The translations under genes were made by a program, and so were the position numbers. Positions 24,142 through 31,111 of a DNA stretch of 32,000 nt are shown piece by piece. Under the pieces are notes generated by a model. The model saw only the letters and a program-made list of their open reading frames with translations, made no database searches and was not told the DNA's origin. This DNA comes from Candidatus Korarchaeum cryptofilum OPF8. GTDB taxonomy: Archaea; Korarchaeota; Korarchaeia; Korarchaeales; Korarchaeaceae. The first letter of the stretch is position 1, and each line of letters begins with the position of its first letter. The stretch spans positions 930,001 through 962,000 of the forward strand of contig NC_010482.1 in NCBI RefSeq assembly GCF_000019605.1, given 5' to 3'.

Positions 24142-24756
24142 TTATTTCCTCGGGCCCTGGATCGCGAGTAAAGATGCACCTAAGGAGGAGAGTTTAGAGA
24201 TCTGGGGATCCTCAGAGAGCCCAATTATTATTAGATCGCCATCCGAGGCCCCCAAGCTTTCAAGTAGTTTGCTATCATTGGGAGCGTATATCGATAGATC
24301 TTCCCCGGTCTCCGGGAATATCACCCTCTTCCCCCTCACCGCGAATATCAGAGCCCCCTTCCCCCCGAACCTGACGGCCTCATCCCTGAGATCTAGGATA
24401 TCGAGGTAATTGACGCATCTCACCAAAGTCAAGTAGACATCCCCTCTGAATAGTTCCATCAAGCTGACCTTCATAGGTCCCAGAAGGCATCTCCTCAGCT
24501 CTTCAATCTTCTCCCTGCCGAGAGGTGTGAGGAAGCATCCTTCCTTCCCGCAATCTATCCATTTAAGATCCCTCAGCTTATTTATGAGGCTCCTCGCACT
24601 CCCCTCGCCTAGAGAGATAATAGATGATATCCTCTTCCTCCCGCAGGGGCCCTCCTCCAGAGCTAGCATTAGGAGGATCGCATGCAGTAGGTTATAATTC
24701 GGTAGAGGGCCTGGGAGCCTCTCAAATGCCGATCTCAGTTCGCTCAGCACCATCAA
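24142..24756 (-). CDS. putative winged-helix transcription regulator with a C-terminal DUF4443-like domain
   Basis: About 203 aa. The N-terminal segment LLHAILLMLALEEGPCGRKRISSIISLGEGSARSLINKLRDLKWID looks like a wHTH. The overall architecture matches my memory of archaeal HTH + DUF4443 proteins. It is divergent from a promoter that carries a perfect palindrome. Confidence 0.5.
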   Translation of the reverse strand: MMVLSELRSAFERLPGPLPNYNLLHAILLMLALEEGPCGRKRISSIISLGEGSARSLINKLRDLKWIDCGKEGCFLTPLGREKIEELRRCLLGPMKVSLMELFRGDVYLTLVRCVNYLDILDLRDEAVRFGGKGALIFAVRGKRVIFPETGEDLSIYAPNDSKLLESLGASDGDLIIIGLSEDPQISKLSSLGASLLAIQGPRK

Positions 24757-24775
24757 GCCATCATGAGGTGAACGT

Positions 24776-24787
24776 AAACTTTATAAG
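24776..24787. promoter_or_regulatory. shared BRE/TATA box in a 39-bp divergent intergenic region
   Basis: The box is AAACTTTATAAG, and its core CTTTATAAG is nearly its own reverse complement. It lies about 30 nt from ATG 24753 (minus) and about 28 nt from ATG 24811 (plus). This fits leaderless transcripts in both directions. Confidence 0.5.
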
Positions 24788-24791
24788 CATT

Positions 24792-24812
24792 ATGGATGGA
24801 TAATCCATCCAT
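24792..24812. promoter_or_regulatory. 21-bp perfect palindrome, candidate operator
   Basis: The sequence is ATGGATGGAT-A-ATCCATCCAT, with 10-bp arms and no mismatch. It lies between the TATA box and the predicted transcription start of the DUF4430 gene, next to the divergent wHTH regulator gene. Confidence 0.5.
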
Positions 24813-25248
24813 GATGCGTATGAGCGAGAGGGTTCTCAAGGCATTGGTCGTGCTGTTCTTCATCTGGGGAGTCGTGGCCACATCCCTCTACGCGAATGAG
24901 GTGATGAGAGGGCAGGAGGGAGAGATAAGGGTGAACATAGGGATAAGATATGATAATAGGACTGAATGGCACAACTCAACTGTCCTGAGGAAGGGAGCTA
25001 CTCTCTTAGAAGCGACTAAGAGCGTCGCATCCGTCAACTACACTGAGTACCCGGGGATGGGGTGCTTCGTCAATTCGATAAACGGCGTGAGGAATGAGGG
25101 GTCCAAGTACTGGATATGGTGGTACTGGGACAGATCTATGGGCTGGGTGCTCGGGCCTGTAGCCGCTGATAAGTACCTCCTCTCGGACGGCGAGACCTTA
25201 TTATGGTTCTATGAGGATACGAGTAGCTATCCACCGCCTAAGCCTTAA
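24796..25248 (+). CDS. membrane-anchored DUF4430 (transcobalamin-like beta domain) protein
   Basis: The signal or anchor is LKALVVLFFIWGVVATSLYA. The block GMGCFVNSINGVRNEGSKYWIWWYWD...LLSDGETLLWFY matches the DUF4430 pattern. The true start is probably one of ATG 24811, 24814 or 24820. Confidence 0.7.
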   Translation: MDNPSMMRMSERVLKALVVLFFIWGVVATSLYANEVMRGQEGEIRVNIGIRYDNRTEWHNSTVLRKGATLLEATKSVASVNYTEYPGMGCFVNSINGVRNEGSKYWIWWYWDRSMGWVLGPVAADKYLLSDGETLLWFYEDTSSYPPPKP

Positions 25249-25439
25249 GTGGCAGCTAGATAGGTGAGGATGCCGAGCAGACCTGTGGTAGCCCCCAACA
25301 GTAAGTGGATGAGCCTAATATATCTCATATATTTTGAGATGGGCCTCCTGTTGATCAGAAGTATTATTCCCGTCATTAGCGTAGCTGCTCCATACCAGAG
25401 AGAGATGTAGCCCAGGGAATGATGATCTAGGATAAACAT
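25245..25439 (-). CDS. small two-helix membrane protein (64 aa), translationally coupled to the nitroreductase gene
   Basis: ATG 25439 overlaps the upstream TGA by one base (TGATG). The product is MFILDHHSLGYISLWYGAATLMTGIILLINRRPISKYMRYIRLIHLLLGATTGLLGILTYLAAT. It has two hydrophobic helices with a basic loop between them. Confidence 0.45.
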   Translation of the reverse strand: MFILDHHSLGYISLWYGAATLMTGIILLINRRPISKYMRYIRLIHLLLGATTGLLGILTYLAAT

Positions 25440-26158
25440 CACTTCCTCCCCACCGGGAATATGTATATCGGAGCCTCCTCGCAACCTATTATCGACCTCA
25501 GTTGATCATCGTAGAAGGCTCCCACAGCTACAGTACCTAAGTCCAAGACCGTGGCCTGTAAGTATATGTTCTGGCCCACATGACCGGCCTCCATGTAAAC
25601 ATATCTCTCCCCTCTAGCACCGTAGCGGGAGGTAGTCCTGCTGAAATCGGCCGCTATTATTATGCAGATAGGAGCTTCCTTGACCCACTCCTGGTTCAGG
25701 GATGCTCTGTAAATTTCTAGGGAGTGATCACCCTCCTTAATAAGAGTTAAGGAGTGATCGAAAGGATCGTAGTGATAGATACCAGCTGGCAGCCCGATTA
25801 CACCTCTCTCCTTCACCGAGACGTAGATCTCGAGGGGGTAGGTGGCTCCAGCGCTCGGGGCAGCCCTGAATCCCTTTGGAGATGTTATCCCCTGCGCGGC
25901 CCATAGCAATTGGCCTAGCTCCTCCAATCTCAGGGGCTCATCTTTATACTCCCTTACCGATCTCCTCTTGCTTATCGCTTCCTCAACTGAGATAGAGCCC
26001 TTGAGCACTGGATCTGGTAGCTTTATCGTCCCCACTTTCTTCTCCTCAGAAACAGGAATCTCTAAGCTTATGGCTCCCGTTAGAAGGAGAATTATTGCTG
26101 TAACTGAGAGGAAGGCTGCGGATATTAAGATACTCTCGCGCAGCTCCGGGTATCTCAC
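25439..26158 (-). CDS. SagB/ThcOx-type nitroreductase-fold (FMN) protein with an N-terminal TM anchor
   Basis: The blocks RRSVREYKDEPLRLEELGQLLWAAQGIT, RAAPSAGATYPLEIYV and GIYHYDPFDHSL are typical of the SagB-type dehydrogenase domain. The N-terminal hydrophobic helix is ILISAAFLSVTAIILLLTGAI. The start is GTG. Confidence 0.75.
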   Translation of the reverse strand: MRYPELRESILISAAFLSVTAIILLLTGAISLEIPVSEEKKVGTIKLPDPVLKGSISVEEAISKRRSVREYKDEPLRLEELGQLLWAAQGITSPKGFRAAPSAGATYPLEIYVSVKERGVIGLPAGIYHYDPFDHSLTLIKEGDHSLEIYRASLNQEWVKEAPICIIIAADFSRTTSRYGARGERYVYMEAGHVGQNIYLQATVLDLGTVAVGAFYDDQLRSIIGCEEAPIYIFPVGRK

Positions 26159-26175
26159 ACCCTTCCCCCTCAGGA

Positions 26176-26187
26176 AAACTTTATAAG
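26176..26187. promoter_or_regulatory. BRE/TATA box in the 63-bp divergent region between the nitroreductase gene and cysS
   Basis: The 12-mer AAACTTTATAAG is identical to the one at 24776-24787. It lies about 25 nt from GTG 26158 (minus) and about 39 nt from GTG 26222 (plus). Confidence 0.45.
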
Positions 26188-26221
26188 TGCTGCAGTTCCT
26201 TAGCTCGGGTGCTCGCTATGG

Positions 26222-27640
26222 GTGACCGTCTTTGCTGATCTCGTAGTCTTCAATACTCTCACGAGGAGATTCGAGCCCTTCGAACCCCTGGTTGGAAGGA
26301 GAGTTTTCATGTTCGTCTGCGGACCGACTGTATACGATTACTCGCATCTAGGACATGCGAGAACTTATGTCTTCTACGATACGCTAGCTAGATTCCTGAG
26401 GAAACTGGGTTACTCCCTCTTCTACCTCCAGAATATAACGGATGTGGACGATAAGATAGTCAATAGAGCTGCTGAGGAGGGCAGAGACCCTGTAGAGTTA
26501 GCTAGGGAGTTCGAGAGCTACTACTATGAGGATATGAGGGCATTGAACATAACGAGCGTAAACTTATACGCTAGAGCCTCAGATTACCTCAAGGAGATAT
26601 TCGAGCAGGTGGAGACCCTGATAAAATTGGGTAAAGCTTACGTGACTGAGAGCGGAGTTTACTTCGATATAACGACTTTTCCGGACTATGGAAAGCTCTC
26701 CGGTCAGAGGCCCGAGGAACTGAGGGTCCACAGGATAGAGCCGGATCCAACTAAGAGGAATCCAGGGGACTTCGCCCTCTGGAGGAACAGACCTAGGGAG
26801 GAGTTCGGCTGGGAATCGCCTTGGGGTTACGGGAGGCCCGGCTGGCATATAGAGGACACAGCCATATCCATAAAGCACTTCGGGAAGCAGTACGATATAC
26901 ATGGTGGAGCGATAGAGCTCGCTTTCCCGCATCACGAGGCAGAGATAGCGCAAGCGGAGAGCTTCACCGGAGAGAAACCTTTCGTTAAGTATTGGATTCA
27001 CACGGGCCTTTTGACAGTCGAGGGGGAGAAGATGTCCAAATCTTTAGGTAATTTCGTGACTATAAGGGAAGCTCTCCGAGAATATGATGCGAATACACTC
27101 AGGATATTCCTCCTCTCGAGGCACTACAGATCGCCGATAGACTTCAGGTGGGAGTACCTGGAGCAAGCGAGGAGCAGTTATGAGAGGATAATCAACTGCC
27201 TCGAGAACTTGAAGGAACTGGAGATAGGGGAGGAAGGGGATGAGGAAAGGGAATTCTTGAGTAGAGTTAGGGAGAGGAGGGATTCCTTCTATAGGAGGAT
27301 GTTAGACGACGTGAATACTGCTGAGGCCCTAGGAGAGCTCTATGAGTTAGTTAGGGATGTTAATTCCTTCTCGGAGAGGATGGGTAAGATAAGCGAGGCC
27401 GGAAGGAACGAAGTCATCTCTACCTTCTCAGAGCTCCTGGATCTACTAGGTCTCAGAATTGAGGAGGGTCCAGATACCTCAATGCTTCATGCTCTGATCT
27501 CCCTCATACTCGATGTCAGGGAGAACCTGAGGAGGAGGAGGGAATACGATCTTGCTGATGAGATAAGGGGAAGGATGAGGGAGCTGGGAATCGACGTTCA
27601 GGACACTCCTAAAGGAACGAAATGGAGGATTATAGGGTAA
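26222..27640 (+). CDS. cysS: cysteinyl-tRNA synthetase
   Basis: The HIGH motif is HLGHARTYV and the KMSKS motif is EKMSKSLGNF. The N-terminus (FNTLTRRFEPFEP...FVCGPTVYD) is typical of CysRS. It is 472 aa and starts with GTG. Confidence 0.95.
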   Translation: MTVFADLVVFNTLTRRFEPFEPLVGRRVFMFVCGPTVYDYSHLGHARTYVFYDTLARFLRKLGYSLFYLQNITDVDDKIVNRAAEEGRDPVELAREFESYYYEDMRALNITSVNLYARASDYLKEIFEQVETLIKLGKAYVTESGVYFDITTFPDYGKLSGQRPEELRVHRIEPDPTKRNPGDFALWRNRPREEFGWESPWGYGRPGWHIEDTAISIKHFGKQYDIHGGAIELAFPHHEAEIAQAESFTGEKPFVKYWIHTGLLTVEGEKMSKSLGNFVTIREALREYDANTLRIFLLSRHYRSPIDFRWEYLEQARSSYERIINCLENLKELEIGEEGDEEREFLSRVRERRDSFYRRMLDDVNTAEALGELYELVRDVNSFSERMGKISEAGRNEVISTFSELLDLLGLRIEEGPDTSMLHALISLILDVRENLRRRREYDLADEIRGRMRELGIDVQDTPKGTKWRIIG

Positions 27641-27763
27641 ATTATTCAAAAATATAGAATGTGATAATGAATGAATTAATATTATTTATATATTGGTAGA
27701 TATTCTCAAATTTTTATGGAAAATATTTTTACCATTTTGAGCATACATCCTCAGCTGAATGGT

Positions 27764-27777
27764 AAACTTTTTAATTA
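27764..27777 (+). promoter_or_regulatory. BRE/TATA-like box upstream of the pyrophosphatase gene
   Basis: AAACTTTTTAATTA lies about 37 nt upstream of GTG 27809, inside an AT-rich island. Confidence 0.4.
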
Positions 27778-27808
27778 CTCGGGGGCTCGCGGCCGAGGGG
27801 GACCGAAA

Positions 27809-29887
27809 GTGCTCTGGGAACTGGTGATATTGGCATCAGCGACCTCGGGCATCCTGATAGCTCTGCTGCTGAGGTACTTGATAGCTAGAATGAACCCAGG
27901 AAACGAAAAAATGATTAAAATAAGTCAGGCTATAAGGAGAGGATCAAAAGCCTATCTTCATAGACAGTATAAAGTTATACTCCTAGTTATGGTCGTCATA
28001 GCTGCCTTCGTCTACATATTAGATGTCATCCAGCACGGGGGCATACCTTACGTTTCAGCCTCATTCATGCTCGGCACTGTGGCTTCTTTACTCGCTGGTT
28101 ACGTATCGATGGATGCAGCTACGATAACCAACGTGAGAGTAGCTCAGGCAGCGAGGGAAAGCAAGGAGAAACCCCTAGTTGTGGCTTACTTAGGCGGCCT
28201 CGTCTTAGGGCTCATGGTAGTTTCAATGAGTTTAGCTGGAGTAGCCGGTATGTTCTTCCTCTACTGGTGGCTCAACGGGTGGAGCGGGGTCGAGAAAATC
28301 CCTACCTTAGTCATGGGATTCGGATTCGGCGCCAGTTTAGCAGCCCTCTTCGCACAATTGGGTGGCGGTATCTACACTAAAGCAGCAGATGTTGGAGCTG
28401 ACTTGGTTGGGAAGGTCGAAGCTGGAATACCTGAGGACGATCCTAGGAATCCGGCTGTCATAGCAGATAATGTTGGCGATAACGTCGGGGATTGCGCGGG
28501 TAGAGGGGCCGATTTATTCGAGTCCATATCCGCTGAGAACATAGGGTCTATGATAATAGGGGCAGCTCTCTACCTACTGACTAAGAACCTTTACTTCATC
28601 TTCTTCCCGCTGGTCGCTAGAGCTACAGGTATAATAGGGACTCTAGTCGGCTCCCTATTCGTCAAGCCCAGAGAGGGGGAGATGCCCGTCTCCGCTATGA
28701 GAAGGGCTTTAATAGCAGCCGTGATAACTACAGCAGCTCTCTTTTACTTCGTAACGTCCTGGTTCGGCCCAGGCCACGAATACCTCTATCTAGCATCTCT
28801 CCTCGGAATGGCGGCTGCTCTCATAATAGAGCTAGCTATAGAGTATTATACGGAGATACATGGGCCCGTCCTCGACATAGTCAGGTCCACTGAAACTGGT
28901 CCCGCGACCACTATACTATCTGGCCTCTCAGTCGGTATGGAGGCCCCGGCTATCCCAGTCATATCGGTCTTAGCAGCTCTAGGAGCTTCCTACTACTTGG
29001 GAGGGATATATGGGCAGATTAATGGCATTCCTCCGCACTTCTCAGGCATTTATGGGACAGTAGCAGCCACTATAGGGATGCTCTCACTCACTGGAATAAT
29101 ATTGGCCATGGATGGCTACGGCCCGATAGCTGATAATGCGAGCGGCATAATAGAGATGTCGGGGATAGAGGAGGAAGTAGGCAGTGAGGTCAAGGACGTC
29201 CTTGATGCCGCTGGAAACACGACTAAGTCCCTAGCTAAGGGATTCGCTATGGGAAGCGCTGCGATGGCATCACTCCTCCTCTTCCAAGCATATGTGGACG
29301 TAGTCAGGGTGGAGAACTTCAACTTAATGCAACCCGTCACTCTGATAGGGCTCATCTCAGGAGCTATACTCCCGTTCTTCTTCTCCAGCAGGGCCATAAG
29401 GGCCGTGGGGAGGACAGCTTGGGAGATGATAAAGGAAGTCAGAAGACAATTTAGGGAGATTCCTGGGATTCTAGAGGGAAAGAATGAGCCAGATTATGCC
29501 AAATGCGTTGATATAAGCACTAAAGCTGCTCAGAAAGAAATGATAGTCCCTAGCTTAGTATCTTTAATTGCCCCGATAGCGGTGGGCTTCCTACTCGGAC
29601 CCGTAGCCCTAGGGGGCTTCCAGATAGGCGTAACTGCTGCGGGTATCATGTTAGCGTTCCTCATGAACACGGGAGGGGCTGCTTGGGACAACGCGAAGAA
29701 GTACATAGAGAGGAGCGGTAAGAAGGGGACTGAGGAGCATAAGGCTTCGGTCATAGGGGATACCGTCGGGGATCCTCTCAAGGATACCGCGGGACCCAGC
29801 CTCCACGTCCTCCTCAAGCTCGTCAACAACGTCTCAATAGTCATGGGATCCGCGATACTCCTTTACTCCCTCTACTTGCTCGGCTAA
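27809..29887 (+). CDS. hppA: membrane-integral proton-translocating pyrophosphatase
   Basis: It has the blocks GGIYTKAADVGADLVGKVE, DNVGDNVGDCAGRGADLFES, GNTTKSLAKGFAMGSAA and IGDTVGDPLKDT. I trimmed the start to GTG 27809 so that about 28 aa precede PGNEKM...GSKAYLHRQY, as in characterised enzymes. The 31 upstream codons lie in AT-rich sequence that looks non-coding. Confidence 0.93.
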   Translation: MLWELVILASATSGILIALLLRYLIARMNPGNEKMIKISQAIRRGSKAYLHRQYKVILLVMVVIAAFVYILDVIQHGGIPYVSASFMLGTVASLLAGYVSMDAATITNVRVAQAARESKEKPLVVAYLGGLVLGLMVVSMSLAGVAGMFFLYWWLNGWSGVEKIPTLVMGFGFGASLAALFAQLGGGIYTKAADVGADLVGKVEAGIPEDDPRNPAVIADNVGDNVGDCAGRGADLFESISAENIGSMIIGAALYLLTKNLYFIFFPLVARATGIIGTLVGSLFVKPREGEMPVSAMRRALIAAVITTAALFYFVTSWFGPGHEYLYLASLLGMAAALIIELAIEYYTEIHGPVLDIVRSTETGPATTILSGLSVGMEAPAIPVISVLAALGASYYLGGIYGQINGIPPHFSGIYGTVAATIGMLSLTGIILAMDGYGPIADNASGIIEMSGIEEEVGSEVKDVLDAAGNTTKSLAKGFAMGSAAMASLLLFQAYVDVVRVENFNLMQPVTLIGLISGAILPFFFSSRAIRAVGRTAWEMIKEVRRQFREIPGILEGKNEPDYAKCVDISTKAAQKEMIVPSLVSLIAPIAVGFLLGPVALGGFQIGVTAAGIMLAFLMNTGGAAWDNAKKYIERSGKKGTEEHKASVIGDTVGDPLKDTAGPSLHVLLKLVNNVSIVMGSAILLYSLYLLG

Positions 29888-29912
29888 CTCTTTTTATATT
29901 TATACTTTTTTA
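29888..29912 (+). terminator. oligo-T terminator after hppA
   Basis: A T5 run (29891-29895) and a T6 run (29906-29911) lie directly after the stop. The next gene has its own GGAGGTG (29924-29930). Confidence 0.5.
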
Positions 29913-29935
29913 ACTACTGCGAAGGAGGTGGTCCC

Positions 29936-31111
29936 TTGAACAATAAAGAAGTTTATAAAGCGATAATCCTATTCGGCGTAGTCAGTTTCCTCGGAGATGT
30001 TATCTACGAGGGGGCTAGAGGCATAATACCATCTTATCTAGCTTATTTGGGGGCCTCAGCTTTCTTAGTCGGTTTGATCTCAGGAGTAACGGAGTTCATA
30101 GGGATCTCATTCAGGTTCATAAGCGGATTCCTAGTAGATCTGAGCAAATCCTATTGGACCTTTTACATCCTAGGATATGCTCTCATAGTATCGATACCCC
30201 TGCTGGGGCTCTCAAATTCCCTTCAGATAGCGGTAATACTGATACTGATCGAGAGGATAGCTAAGGGGATAAGGGCTCCAGCTAGGGACTCCCTCATCTC
30301 ATTCGTCTCGAGGGGGATGGGACCTGGAAAAGCCTTCGGTATTCACGAAGCCCTAGATCAGATAGGGGCAGTAACTGGGCCCTTGATAATGGGGCTCATC
30401 CTCCTATATTCTAACAATTACTCTTTGGCTTTCCTGAGCTCCTTGATACCTTATCTCTTCCTCATTACCTCGGTCCTCTACATCTATAGGAGATACTCTT
30501 GGGCATCCCCGTCAGAGGGAGGCGGGGGTAAGCTCTCCCTGAAATACGAGAGGAGTTTTTGGATGTATAACATCGCGGTCTTCCTGAATATGATTTCATT
30601 GATCCATGTCTCACTAATAGTCCTCTCTTCCAGCTTAACCTTTAATCCGGGAATGGCTGCGCTCCTCTATATGCTGATACAGTTGGTCGACACGGCATCA
30701 GCACTAGTCGCGGGTTTCATGTTTGATAGATATGGGAGGGCCTTCCTTTACATTCCGTTCGCACTCTCTATAGCCCCATCATGCTTAACTCTCCTCGGAG
30801 GAGGTTCCAATATAGTGTTAGCAGCGATAACATTCGGGATAATCCTGGGGATGCAGGAATCCATATACAGGGCTGCTATCAGCACTCTAGTGCCTGAAAA
30901 TCAGAGAGGAAGTGCTTATGGAATTTTCAATGCGGTATACGGAGTGGGAAATCTCATTAGCGCTCCGATCTTCGGTTACCTCATCCAGAGTAAGATGATT
31001 AGTTTGGGAATCTATTACACAATAATAGGCCAATTGCTCGCAATCATAGCCCTCTTCTTATCCTTAAGGAGAAAAGAGAGGTCTTCAGGGCCTCAAAATG
31101 AACTTAGCTAG
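29936..31111 (+). CDS. MFS-type transporter
   Basis: 391 aa with about 10-12 hydrophobic helices. It has a loop motif ERIAKGIRAPARDSL after helix 2-3 and a similar second-half loop (ESIYRAAISTLVPENQRGSAYG). The start is TTG, 6 nt after GGAGGTG. Confidence 0.75.
   Translation: MNNKEVYKAIILFGVVSFLGDVIYEGARGIIPSYLAYLGASAFLVGLISGVTEFIGISFRFISGFLVDLSKSYWTFYILGYALIVSIPLLGLSNSLQIAVILILIERIAKGIRAPARDSLISFVSRGMGPGKAFGIHEALDQIGAVTGPLIMGLILLYSNNYSLAFLSSLIPYLFLITSVLYIYRRYSWASPSEGGGGKLSLKYERSFWMYNIAVFLNMISLIHVSLIVLSSSLTFNPGMAALLYMLIQLVDTASALVAGFMFDRYGRAFLYIPFALSIAPSCLTLLGGGSNIVLAAITFGIILGMQESIYRAAISTLVPENQRGSAYGIFNAVYGVGNLISAPIFGYLIQSKMISLGIYYTIIGQLLAIIALFLSLRRKERSSGPQNELS

Noticed and set aside
25245-26158. 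The SagB-type protein plus a small downstream ORF as a thiazole/oxazole-modified peptide (TOMM/RiPP) cluster
   Set aside because: No YcaO-type cyclodehydratase or docking protein is present in the window. The 64-aa ORF is a two-helix membrane protein rather than a leader plus a Cys/Ser/Thr-rich core. The dehydrogenase-like protein is itself membrane-anchored.
27716-27808. ATG 27716 as the start of the pyrophosphatase gene (31 extra codons)
   Set aside because: The extension MENIFTILSIHPQLNGKLFNYSGARGRGGPK lies in AT-rich, promoter-like DNA that contains the TATA-like box at 27764-27777. It would also give an N-terminus longer than in characterised enzymes. GTG 27809 is preferred.
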